Source: a virus
Lineage: Duplodnaviria; Caudoviricetes
IMG/VR virus record: IMGVR_UViG_3300032236_000596
Location: 1 to 57,058 of that record
Strand: one strand, 5' to 3'
DNA: 57,058 nucleotides
How positions within the stretch are numbered: the stretch's first letter is position 1; each line of letters begins with the position of its first letter. This document shows, piece after piece, positions 7,536 through 16,319 of the stretch. Under the pieces are notes generated by a model, which saw nothing but the letters and a program-made list of their open reading frames with translations, had not been told where the DNA came from and did not search any database. Position numbers and translations under genes: made by a program.

Positions 7536-9631
7536 TGGCTAAGAGCGTTCGACAAGGCGAGGGCGACCAGTTTGATTACTGGAACTCTTGGCAAGCCTAT
7601 ATACAAGAATACGATATCAAGCCTGTTTCGACTGGCGTTCAGGCTGTCGCAGAGCGTATGCGTGAGGCAGGGCTGACCGAGGAACAAGCCCGAAAGGAAC
7701 TAGCGGAGGAATACTACGCCCAGCGTGAGGAGGCGCAGAAGTATGGGCGCACCCTCCAAGCCCGAAAGGACCAAGAGGCGCTCGTTCGCAACAACGAACT
7801 GGACAGCGCTTGTGCGGTCTATCAAAAGGCAGACCGTATCTTGACTGGCAAGCCTATTAACGTGTTCCTTAATGACGTAGATGAACCTACGCCAGCGTGG
7901 AACGACGGCGTTAATATTACGTTTAACGTTAATGCCATTAAGACATTAACCGAGAACCACCTACTCGCTCACCACGGGCTGAACTACCACGAACTAGCGC
8001 ACCTGTTCTACACGCCTCGTATCGGTTCTGCCCTCGGTAAGTGGGTAATGGAAAACAAGACTGTTAAGAACGAGCACGTTCGCCCTACTGTAGCGGTTGA
8101 TGAAAGTGGCGAACTTGTCTATGGCACCGAGACCTACTACACCGAGCAAACGGAACTGGTGGATAATCGCCGACAGACTGCCTTTAACATATTGGAGGAC
8201 AGTCGTGCCGAATATTACCTCATTACGAAGTTTCCAAGCGCTCGCCCGTTCTTGGTCGCTACTATCGGCGATTACATAGCCAGCAATGCTGACGACATAG
8301 TTAATAACTTTATGTTGCTCGTAGGTCGTAAATACTTTGACCTTGACGTGCGAATTATGTCGGCGCAGGGCTATGCCCGTGTCTATGGCGAGGACAATGC
8401 TAAGGCTATTTACAACGTAGTTGCCGAGTATCGCACCCTCGTATTCCCTCGCCAGTTTGACCGAGCGAAAGAACTAATTACCAAGTTAGTTAATCTCTTG
8501 CCAGAGGACTACCAGCCGACCAGCCCTAAGCACCGAGACGGCAAGGGCAACCAGTCCTCGCTTGGACCGACTGGCTGTAGTGGTCGCCCTCTTATGAGGA
8601 ACGGAAAGGTTGAGAGCGAGAAAGCCCAGAACGACCTTATGGACAGCGCCGACAAGACTGACCAACTTGGCGAGGCTATCGATGTCGGCAAGGGCGCAGA
8701 CAACAACACGGGCAACGCCCAGAACCCGAACTGGGAAACTGTTGAGGCTGAACTTACCGAGAAAATTAACCAGTTAGTTGAGCAAGCCAAGCAAGACCCA
8801 GCGGTCAAGCGCAAGGTCGTGGACACTATCAAGGCTATTAACAAGGACACCAGCACCAAGTCTATGCTCGGCAAGGCAACCGCCGAGAGCGTAGAACCGA
8901 CAGCGCAGGACATTACTGCCAGCCGACTGTTCGCCCAAGAACTTGAGCGTATCCGTATCGACAGCGACCCAGCGTGGGAACTTGAGCGACCAACTGGCAA
9001 ACTGAACGTTCGCAGGGCTATTAACGCCGACATTAACGATATCGGCAGACTGTTTGACCGCTGGACAACTGGCAACGACAACCACGAAATCGAGGCGACA
9101 GTCCTCCTCGATAGGTCTGGCAGTATGTCGCACAGTATCGGCGCAGTCTGTCGCTCGGCTTGGATTATCAAGCGTGCTATCGAAAAGATATCAGGGCGAG
9201 TATCTGTTCTCTCGTTTAGTGATGTTAGCCGAGTGCTTTACAGCGCAGACGAGAAAGCAGGGGCAACCGCTAAGGTCGTCAATGCTAACGGAGGCACAGA
9301 CCCGTTCTATTCGCTTAAGGAAAGCGAGAGGGTGCTGACCCAGAGCAAGGCTAAGACCAAGTTGCTGTTCTTGCTGACTGACGGAGGGTTTAGCGAGGCT
9401 GGTAATGACGACATTATCCAGCGCCTCCAGCGTGAGGGCGTGTATGTCGTGGTCGTGTTCTTGTCTTACCCACAATGGCTAGAGCAGATACTAAGCGACC
9501 CTAAGGCAGTCGAGAAATACGGACACGGGGCAGACCTGTTCAGGGCAATCGGCGACCCACTAGACCTCGTTAAAATTGCTAAGAGCGTGGTCAAGGCTAT
9601 GGCTGGTAATAAGAACCGAGCAGTCGCATAA
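7535..9631 (+). CDS. vWA-domain protein with N-terminal HExxH motif (CobT-like MoxR partner)
   Basis: YHELAH...FNILED; MIDAS DRSGSM, GGTD and LTDG; coupled to the ATPase gene. Confidence 0.88.
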   Translation: MAKSVRQGEGDQFDYWNSWQAYIQEYDIKPVSTGVQAVAERMREAGLTEEQARKELAEEYYAQREEAQKYGRTLQARKDQEALVRNNELDSACAVYQKADRILTGKPINVFLNDVDEPTPAWNDGVNITFNVNAIKTLTENHLLAHHGLNYHELAHLFYTPRIGSALGKWVMENKTVKNEHVRPTVAVDESGELVYGTETYYTEQTELVDNRRQTAFNILEDSRAEYYLITKFPSARPFLVATIGDYIASNADDIVNNFMLLVGRKYFDLDVRIMSAQGYARVYGEDNAKAIYNVVAEYRTLVFPRQFDRAKELITKLVNLLPEDYQPTSPKHRDGKGNQSSLGPTGCSGRPLMRNGKVESEKAQNDLMDSADKTDQLGEAIDVGKGADNNTGNAQNPNWETVEAELTEKINQLVEQAKQDPAVKRKVVDTIKAINKDTSTKSMLGKATAESVEPTAQDITASRLFAQELERIRIDSDPAWELERPTGKLNVRRAINADINDIGRLFDRWTTGNDNHEIEATVLLDRSGSMSHSIGAVCRSAWIIKRAIEKISGRVSVLSFSDVSRVLYSADEKAGATAKVVNANGGTDPFYSLKESERVLTQSKAKTKLLFLLTDGGFSEAGNDDIIQRLQREGVYVVVVFLSYPQWLEQILSDPKAVEKYGHGADLFRAIGDPLDLVKIAKSVVKAMAGNKNRAVA

Positions 9632-9653
9632 TTTAATACCGCATTAAAGCATT

Positions 9654-9682
9654 AAAGCCAGCCCGAAAGGGCTGGCTTTCTT
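9654..9682 (+). terminator. Intrinsic terminator
   Basis: aaagccagccc-gaaa-gggctggcttt followed by ctt. Confidence 0.85.
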
Positions 9683-10005
9683 GCTATCTGCTGAACGTGT
9701 ATGGCAGTCGGGCGGGTGGAGTGCTAACCGGAGTGAGCAGGAGGGCGCAGAACCACCTCTGGCTAATACAGAACTGTATTTAAATAAGCCCATAATCCTA
9801 TTCTGTTAATACCTGTATGCCGAAATAATCGTGCCGGCACAGATTAACCGAAGGGCTACGAAGGTGAATTGGCTGCCGGCAGCAAATGAAGGCGACCACA
9901 GAGCGCAGAGCGTTAATACATAAATACATTAAGACGAGGCAAGCCCTAAGCCCTCCTGCTGACCCACCGACATTATTGTTTCTGGCAGAAATATTGCTGG
10001 AGGAC

Positions 10006-10058
10006 TTGACCACTAGATGTAGTGGTGTATGCTCGTTCCTACCACTAGATGTAGTGGT
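10006..10058 (+). promoter_or_regulatory. Promoter overlapped by tandem NrdR boxes
   Basis: Identical ACCACTAGATGTAGTGGT at 10009 and 10041 (32 bp apart); TTGACC-N16-TATGCT. Confidence 0.75.
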
Positions 10059-10076
10059 CCTGAGAGAGGAACTACT

Positions 10077-10502
10077 ATCCAAACTTTCTTACCTTATGCC
10101 AACCCAGCAAAATCGGCTGAGGCGCTGGACTACAGGCGCTTGGGCAAGCAACGCGTAGAGACATACCAGATACTCAACAGCCTGATAGGGGCGAGCAACG
10201 GGTGGCTGAACCACCCAGCGGTGAAGATGTGGGCAGGATATGAGATAGCCCTAGCCGACTACGGGCTGGCGATGTGCGACGAGTGGATAGCCAGAGGCTA
10301 CAAAGACACAACGAGAGATAAGATACTGGAGATTAAGAGAGGGCTGGTCGCTGGGGGAGAGGGCGGAGAGAACCCCTGGTGGCTGGGAGAGGAGAACCTC
10401 CACCTATCGCACCAGAGCAATCTACTACGCAAAGACCCTATTTACTATGGGCAGTTATTTATAGGAATACCTGACGATATGCCCTACGTCTGGCCCGTTT
10501 AA
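10077..10502 (+). CDS. Pyrimidine-dimer DNA glycosylase / endonuclease V family (MSMEG_6728-like)
   Basis: QTFLPY...LDYRRLGKQRVE, HPAVKMWAGY, SHQSNLLRKD and YVWP. Probable start is ATC at 10077; the ORF-track ATG at 10029 lies inside the -10 box. Confidence 0.85.
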   Translation: MQTFLPYANPAKSAEALDYRRLGKQRVETYQILNSLIGASNGWLNHPAVKMWAGYEIALADYGLAMCDEWIARGYKDTTRDKILEIKRGLVAGGEGGENPWWLGEENLHLSHQSNLLRKDPIYYGQLFIGIPDDMPYVWPV

Positions 10503-10531
10503 ACCCTCCGCAGTGTAGCGCTCAAACTGAG

Positions 10532-10600
10532 GAGAGAACTTTTTGAGAGAGCGTTTTTTGAGAGAGAACTTTTCCAAAGAGAGCACTTTTTGAGAGAGTG
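10532..10600. repeat. Degenerate GAGAG-N2-3-TTTT tandem repeats at the strand switch
   Basis: gagagaactttttgagagagcgttttttgagagagaacttttccaaagagagcactttttgagagag. Confidence 0.7.
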
Positions 10601-10632
10601 CCAAAACAGACCTTTTTTGCCACTCATAGTTA

Positions 10633-12084
10633 CTATGAGTTGGGCGGGTCAATCTGCTTAATAACCTCATTAACTTGGCTTTCGTTGAGGCCGCCATTAG
10701 GCAATTCGTTCAGGATTTGCGCCCTATCACCGAACAGCGCAGACATCACGCCAGCACTTCCAGAGCGTTCTACAGTCATTCTAATAGTCTCTTTTGACTG
10801 GTCCATCTTGGCAATTTGCTCAAGCATTTTAAAGAAACGGTCCATCTCCTGACCCACGTTAGGGTCTGGATAACCACCATTTAGGTCCTCGGTAAACTTG
10901 GCAAATGCCACTCGCTGCCCTTGTATTTCAAGGAAAGTGTTAATAAGCGCCTTAAGTTGGTCCTTGGTCTTTACCTCCAGCGGGAGATTAAACGCACACG
11001 CGTTGTCTGGCACAAACGCAGGGCAGTTATCCCTGACGAAACAGGTATTACATTGACGTAGGCTATTGCCAGTAGAGCGAGCAACAGGCACGTCTCTTAA
11101 TACATCAACACCATTTTCGTCGGTCTCGATACTGCGCGAAAAGTCGATACCGATGACCGGCAGCGGGCGAATTTCGTCCGGTTTACGTGCTACAACTTTC
11201 CGCTTCTCGACCCCCCTCATGGTAACATCAACAGGGGTAGTTTCCGCTTTTTCGGGGGGTAGCATATCGTCACTCATAGTTACTATGTCCGTTCGGTTAT
11301 TCCACGCTTCTAACTGCTGGTAGGACCAAACTGCTAGTTTAGATACCTCAATAGCGTCATCGGCTAATATCTTATCAAAGTCCAGCCCTGCCTGCTGATA
11401 TACAGCACGATAACGGCTTCTGGCTTGGTCTTTCATACGCTTCGGGTAACGGGTTAATGTATTAGCCTGCCATACAATCGTCTCGCCCCTCATCATTGGC
11501 GACAGCCACGCAAGGGTGGCGGCCGTAACGAACGGCGACTTACGCAGGCCCTCAAGTTTAGCCATACCTAGCGCGTGGAACTGTGTTCCGTGCTGGCTGC
11601 TGAACTTACGCATCTGGGCTTCCAGCGAAGGGTCTTTCTCTATTAAATCGCCCTGAATACAGACGTTTAAATATCTAGTTGCTAGGCTTTCTAGGTTTCC
11701 ACCATTATAAATAGCGGCGAACTTCTCGTCAGGCACGTCGTCCCAAGCGCCCTGGCGCTGCGCCTGGATGAACTCATCAGAGGCGCTAGGGTGGTTAATC
11801 TCAGTAAATAGGCTAATTCTATTTAGGTTAGTAGCAATAAAGTCCTCGTAGTCCGCTGCGAACTCCTCCAGCTCATCAGCGGTCATCTCCTTCGAGGACG
11901 GGATGCCAGGGTAAACGTGTATATGAACGCCCTCGGTGAAATAGTTTTCTAGCAAATACGTCTTGGTTTTAGGCAATCCACGGCGGACTAGGCCCCAGTA
12001 ACTTACGCCGACGTGGGTGGCGCTCTGCTGCTCAAGGATTAGGCGGTTGCTTGGGACCTCGGCCCCTAGGAATACAATATTCAT
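10633..12084 (-). CDS. Degenerate TGT/DpdA-like barrel protein with C-terminal Cys cluster
   Basis: Motif order VSYW, DYEDFI, FHALG, PFVTAATLAW resembles phage TGT-like proteins; CNTC..C..C near the C-terminus. Confidence 0.55.
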   Translation of the reverse strand: MNIVFLGAEVPSNRLILEQQSATHVGVSYWGLVRRGLPKTKTYLLENYFTEGVHIHVYPGIPSSKEMTADELEEFAADYEDFIATNLNRISLFTEINHPSASDEFIQAQRQGAWDDVPDEKFAAIYNGGNLESLATRYLNVCIQGDLIEKDPSLEAQMRKFSSQHGTQFHALGMAKLEGLRKSPFVTAATLAWLSPMMRGETIVWQANTLTRYPKRMKDQARSRYRAVYQQAGLDFDKILADDAIEVSKLAVWSYQQLEAWNNRTDIVTMSDDMLPPEKAETTPVDVTMRGVEKRKVVARKPDEIRPLPVIGIDFSRSIETDENGVDVLRDVPVARSTGNSLRQCNTCFVRDNCPAFVPDNACAFNLPLEVKTKDQLKALINTFLEIQGQRVAFAKFTEDLNGGYPDPNVGQEMDRFFKMLEQIAKMDQSKETIRMTVERSGSAGVMSALFGDRAQILNELPNGGLNESQVNEVIKQIDPPNS

Positions 12085-12539
12085 TAGAGGCGGTCATCCT
12101 CCATTTTCATAGTAATCTGGCGGTCTAACTCGCCTACCAGCGCATCCCAACTCTTACGGCCTTCGCGCCCATCTGGGCGGAACTTGGCTGACTGGTAAAT
12201 TGGGTGTAGAAATAGCAAAGTCTTTACGCCATTTGCCATTAAGGTAGTTGCGACATCAACGTCGGCTGTAATAACGAAGTGAACTACGCCCTGCGCCTGC
12301 TGGTGCTGGACCTTGAGAAGGGGCTTATCTTCGTATTCGCCAATGGTTTTATCCGAAATAAAGGCATCAACATCATTAAGGTTGTGCTGTTTACACCAGC
12401 GCTGCGCTTCTTCTGCATCGTCGCAGGCTAGGGCTACTGTGCCATTGGCGTTAATGGCTTTATACAGTGAAATGCCCTCATAGATAGGTACTTTACTGTT
12501 ATTACGAATTACGCCGTCCATAAATACGACTATTGCCAC
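12084..12539 (-). CDS. HAD-like fold protein (degenerate)
   Basis: N-terminal VVFMDGVI resembles HAD motif I but lacks the first Asp. Confidence 0.5.
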   Translation of the reverse strand: MAIVVFMDGVIRNNSKVPIYEGISLYKAINANGTVALACDDAEEAQRWCKQHNLNDVDAFISDKTIGEYEDKPLLKVQHQQAQGVVHFVITADVDVATTLMANGVKTLLFLHPIYQSAKFRPDGREGRKSWDALVGELDRQITMKMEDDRL

Positions 12540-12551
12540 GATGTTGTCTTT

Positions 12552-13445
12552 CTATTGGTTATATGTTGCTGCTCGCCTAATTAGCGTATTAGTATCAGGG
12601 AACTCTGATACACCGTAAGTCTTTTTCAGCGCCTCTGAGTCCCGCTGCTCCATCTCGGCCTTTAGGCTACGAAGGGCCTGAATAGCGCCTGTTCTTTTAC
12701 CAGATTGCCAGCGGTAATTATTAAAGTCCGAGTATCCAGCGCCAGTTGCGCTGAACGCCTGAGAACGGTTCTCATGTACCTCGCGGTACAGGGCGTCGGC
12801 CTGAGCAGCCGAGACTCTCATCTCAGCCGAGGCGTTGGCCTTTAATGCGTCATTGCTTGCTTGTTCGTATTTGTTTCTAGCGGCAATGAACCGAGTAATG
12901 ATGCTGATAGTGTTCTGGCGGTCACGTTCTACTGCTGGTTCCCATTCAGCCACGGTGGTTTGGGCGGTAGGAACTGGCGGAACTACCCACTCATCGGTGG
13001 TCAGCGAGTAAGCAGCGTAAGGCTTAATTTCCAGAATACTCGGGCTTACAATAGCGAAAAAGGTCAGCTCAAACGAGCCGAGGAACAGCTCTGTCTTAGG
13101 GTGCAGCAGCTCTCTGAACCCGTCGTTGAGCATATCTGATATATCTTTATCGCTCAGGCCGCGGAATCTGCTATTTGATTGACGGAAACTGGTGTAGTTA
13201 ATCGCCAGGAGGCAGTCCAGGTCGCCTGGTTCTCTGTGCGCGGCCCACTGGTACGATACGCCAGAGCCAGCCAGGTATGCCGTTGTCCAGGCTTCTGCGC
13301 CTGTGTAGAGGGCGTTTAAATGGTTTAGTAGCAACTGGAGGATAGCAGAGCGCACCGAACTATCTAGTCGGCCATTGCGAAACAGCCGCGGGTCTAGTCC
13401 TGCGGCTGGAACGCTAAAGTATGAAGTCTCTGCTGGTTGTAGCAT
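12552..13445 (-). CDS. Pol-beta-superfamily nucleotidyltransferase
   Basis: LAGSGVSYQW...GDLDCLL (GS...DxD) and a downstream acidic strand FELTFF. Confidence 0.7.
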   Translation of the reverse strand: MLQPAETSYFSVPAAGLDPRLFRNGRLDSSVRSAILQLLLNHLNALYTGAEAWTTAYLAGSGVSYQWAAHREPGDLDCLLAINYTSFRQSNSRFRGLSDKDISDMLNDGFRELLHPKTELFLGSFELTFFAIVSPSILEIKPYAAYSLTTDEWVVPPVPTAQTTVAEWEPAVERDRQNTISIITRFIAARNKYEQASNDALKANASAEMRVSAAQADALYREVHENRSQAFSATGAGYSDFNNYRWQSGKRTGAIQALRSLKAEMEQRDSEALKKTYGVSEFPDTNTLIRRAATYNQ

Positions 13446-13654
13446 TAATCCTCGTCGTCTTCAGTAAAGGCCTTCGGCTTAAACGCCGTGGTGTCTCTGC
13501 GAGTTGACTGCGGTTGGTCCGTATTAACTGGGGTTACAAATCCGCACTGTACGTGAGCCTCTACAAATCGGTTGGTCATCAACATCGTGTAGGTGTCGTT
13601 TAGGCCTTCCAACTGCATCAGGGCTCCGCACTTACATGACATCTCAATAAACAT
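13445..13654 (-). CDS. Hypothetical protein
   Basis: Coupled ORF with CxC and HxxC. Confidence 0.65.
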   Translation of the reverse strand: MFIEMSCKCGALMQLEGLNDTYTMLMTNRFVEAHVQCGFVTPVNTDQPQSTRRDTTAFKPKAFTEDDED

Positions 13655-13703
13655 GACAGGCTCCAGAATGCTATTTAGGAAAATATCCTAATACAAGCAT
13701 CCC

Positions 13704-13973
13704 TTATTCTGCGTCAGTTTGTGGGGCATTTGCCGAGAAGTTTTGGGCCAATAGTGTAACTACATTGGCGGCAATGTCCTGCTGGTTGATGATGTTGGTG
13801 ATTTCCTGGCAGCCTAGGCGGATATCCAGTCTGGTTGCGACCTTGGCGACCTGGAACTGGGTGGTTAGGTCTGTAGTTACACGCCATGCGCCGTCGGCCT
13901 CTTGGACCATAAGGAACGCGGTAGGGTAGGTAGGAACTTCTGGGGTCTCTGGGGTAGTGGTTTCGTCTGACAT
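13704..13973 (-). CDS. Hypothetical protein
   Basis: ORF with an AAGGA SD. Confidence 0.7.
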   Translation of the reverse strand: MSDETTTPETPEVPTYPTAFLMVQEADGAWRVTTDLTTQFQVAKVATRLDIRLGCQEITNIINQQDIAANVVTLLAQNFSANAPQTDAE

Positions 13974-14003
13974 TATTTATTCCTTAATTTTTATACTAGA
14001 TTG

Positions 14004-14516
14004 CTATTTATATAGTCCGGAGGCCTCGTTGTGCTTAGCCATGTTGTAGCTCTTAACTGGGCAGAAATCGCACAGGTAAACCTTTGGTCCGTTGCCGATG
14101 CTTGGTAGGCCAGCGGCTCTACGCTCTTGTTCGGTCTTTGGGGATAGCCACTTCTTCTCTGACTTGTAGTCAGCGCACTGGCCCTTAGGACGGTTGTGCA
14201 TCGAGTAGCAGGACATCGCGTCCTCGGCGAACTGGCTCTTGGTCTCGTAGAACTGGGTTCCGAACGAGTTAAGGCCCGAGCCCACCTTGTCGTGGATTTG
14301 CTCGATTACGGCCTTCTTCATCTCTGGGGCCATCCAGATACCCTTAGGCACGTTCCATAGAACGCCGAAGTGGTTGTCGCTGTGACGCTCGGCTGCGATG
14401 GTTAGCAGGACATCCTGCGGGTCCTCGTTAGCGCCAGGCAGCTCCTCAATGGTTGAGCAGGTGCGGCAGACGAGTAGGCGGAAGTGGGGTTCTTGCTCGG
14501 CAAGTGGGTTACTCAT
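14004..14516 (-). CDS. Cys-containing hypothetical protein
   Basis: CRTC and CDFCP; AGGAG SD. Confidence 0.75.
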   Translation of the reverse strand: MSNPLAEQEPHFRLLVCRTCSTIEELPGANEDPQDVLLTIAAERHSDNHFGVLWNVPKGIWMAPEMKKAVIEQIHDKVGSGLNSFGTQFYETKSQFAEDAMSCYSMHNRPKGQCADYKSEKKWLSPKTEQERRAAGLPSIGNGPKVYLCDFCPVKSYNMAKHNEASGLYK

Positions 14517-14571
14517 ATTATGCTCCTAATGGACAGGCAACAGCCTATCACTATTTGTCAAGTAGTGGTAT

Positions 14572-14787
14572 TTATTTTTCTTCTGTTGGTGCGTTTGGGT
14601 GAATACCCTTTAGTACGTCAGTCTGGCAAGCGCCGCACTCTGGCACGTAAGTGTCGTAGGTGTGGTGCTTGTCGTAATTCCAAGCGCGTCCGTGCTGGCG
14701 ACCGAAGGTAGACTGCGAGTCAGCCTTAGCGGCCGCACGGGCTGCGTCAGCGCTGCCCTTAAACTGGCGTGGCTTCTTTTCGTCCAT
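14572..14787 (-). CDS. Hypothetical protein
   Basis: In a tightly packed - strand run. Confidence 0.6.
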   Translation of the reverse strand: MDEKKPRQFKGSADAARAAAKADSQSTFGRQHGRAWNYDKHHTYDTYVPECGACQTDVLKGIHPNAPTEEK

Positions 14788-14789
14788 TA

Positions 14790-14996
14790 CTACTTACCTG
14801 GGTTTACCTTGTTTGGGTCTTCGCTGTTGATGAAACCGTAGTTAAAGTAAGGGTGCAGACCTGCGCGGTTCTGCTGGACTGTCTGGTCTCCCATACCTGC
14901 CTGTACTTCGGTATTTGGGCGACGCTTGCGGTACTTGCCGTCAGTAGCGCCATCGAGCAGCGCCTTGTTCTCTGAACGTGACTTGTTAACTGCCAT
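14790..14996 (-). CDS. Small basic hypothetical protein
   Basis: GAGGAG SD; packed operon. Confidence 0.7.
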   Translation of the reverse strand: MAVNKSRSENKALLDGATDGKYRKRRPNTEVQAGMGDQTVQQNRAGLHPYFNYGFINSEDPNKVNPGK

Positions 14997-14998
14997 GA

Positions 14999-15451
14999 TT
15001 AGACTCCTCGGCCTGTAATCTTTTTGCTTTTGTACTTTGCTTTTGTTTCTTTAGCGGTCTTGATTGCGGTCTTCTTTAGGTTTGGGTCAGCCCCCATCTC
15101 GGTGGCCCACTCAGACGTAGAATAGCCTGGCTCATACGATGGGACAACAAAATGGTTATAATCTTCGCGCAAGTTGTCGACTGCCTGCTTAGTTTCTTTT
15201 TTATTCAGCTTAACTTTTGGCTCTTTGCGGTTATTGGTGGCTGCGGTAGGCTGCTTAAATGCCTTACGAACGGCTGCCTTTGGGCTGCCCGCCTTAAATA
15301 CCTCACCAGTGTAGTAGTTAGTGGCCTCTACGCCGCTATCAGTCTTTGCTACGTTAGACCTTGGGACCCCGTCGTTCCAGCGCATTCCGAGGTCCTTGGA
15401 CTTAAAAGTTCTGCGCGAATCGCCTGAGCGGTCTGGTACTGAATCTGCCAT
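14999..15451 (-). CDS. Basic hypothetical protein
   Basis: Packed operon; Lys-rich. Confidence 0.7.
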   Translation of the reverse strand: MADSVPDRSGDSRRTFKSKDLGMRWNDGVPRSNVAKTDSGVEATNYYTGEVFKAGSPKAAVRKAFKQPTAATNNRKEPKVKLNKKETKQAVDNLREDYNHFVVPSYEPGYSTSEWATEMGADPNLKKTAIKTAKETKAKYKSKKITGRGV

Positions 15452-15667
15452 TTATGCCATCCTATTTCTTACTTGGTTTGCTGCCTTACGCTTTGAACAG
15501 CCAGGGCATAGGTCTGAACCTAGGGCTATTACTGGTGTCATCAAGACGCCGCACTCATCACAGCCCTTGCTGCCATTGTACACGGTCTTGTCCAGGCCCT
15601 GTGGAAACGGCGCTGGGTACGCGGTACCGTCGCCCGAAGGGTCTACAAAACCTAGTTGAACAGCCAT
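15452..15667 (-). CDS. Small zinc-finger protein
   Basis: CDEC...CPGC. Confidence 0.7.
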   Translation of the reverse strand: MAVQLGFVDPSGDGTAYPAPFPQGLDKTVYNGSKGCDECGVLMTPVIALGSDLCPGCSKRKAANQVRNRMA

Positions 15668-15676
15668 TTAATTATC

Positions 15677-16033
15677 TTACACCGTGCCTAGGTCGTTGCG
15701 CGCGGTAGACTGCATCGCATATGGAACCTGGCTAAAGTCGGTTCTTTCATTAGAACGGCCATTAACCTGTACAATTTCGCCAATTGTGTAGGCGTCCTTG
15801 ACGTACCCGAATCGCTTTGGGAACAACTTAACCTGTGGCAGGTTAGGGCGGACATACTCCTGGACCTCGGCTGGGGTCATCTTGGCGACCTCTAGGGCCT
15901 GTGTAAGTAGGCGCTCCTGGTTGCTGGCAAATGGGCCGATGTACGCCTGTGGCGGGTAGGCTGCTTGAGCAGGGGACACAACTGGGTTATCCCATGCTCG
16001 CATACCATACTTGCCATTAGGCGTATTAGGCAT
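15677..16033 (-). CDS. Hypothetical protein
   Basis: Packed operon. Confidence 0.7.
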   Translation of the reverse strand: MPNTPNGKYGMRAWDNPVVSPAQAAYPPQAYIGPFASNQERLLTQALEVAKMTPAEVQEYVRPNLPQVKLFPKRFGYVKDAYTIGEIVQVNGRSNERTDFSQVPYAMQSTARNDLGTV

Positions 16034-16316
16034 TGTCGTCTTTTCTGCCTAGACCGGCCACGAAGTGGGCGGTACGGCCTACAGCGCCAACAACTGCGTC
16101 CTTGACTACTGGTGCGGCTGTCTTAATGCCCTGTGCGGTAGCATCGTACACTTTACCAACTACCTCGTCGGTCTTGCCCCCGAACGAAGGTACACCGGCG
16201 CCCTTAACAGCAGCCTGGGTGATGTCCTTGCCAGTACCGCCGTTCTTAGCGGCCTTGAGGCCTGCTGTTACTGCGCCTATGGCTGCGGTGTGGGCGCTGA
16301 ATCTAATCTTTCCCAT
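16026..16316 (-). CDS. Gly/Ala-rich hypothetical protein
   Basis: Packed operon. Confidence 0.65.
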   Translation of the reverse strand: MGKIRFSAHTAAIGAVTAGLKAAKNGGTGKDITQAAVKGAGVPSFGGKTDEVVGKVYDATAQGIKTAAPVVKDAVVGAVGRTAHFVAGLGRKDDNA

Positions 16317-16319
16317 TAT

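Noticed and set aside
8509-9171. Long antisense ORFs (also 23288-23710, 26800-27336, 31205-31564, 33073-33699, 51878-52402)
   Set aside because: They are shadows of well-supported genes on the opposite strand and show no motifs or SD.
6144-9631. Cobalamin biosynthesis (cobS/cobT) auxiliary genes
   Set aside because: No cobN or other cob genes are present; a generic MoxR/vWA pair is the safer call.
9886-10158. 90-aa + strand ORF
   Set aside because: It runs through the promoter and NrdR boxes, overlaps the glycosylase gene out of frame and has no clear SD. Its repeated TTRCSG/PLDVVV peptides are by-products of the DNA repeat.
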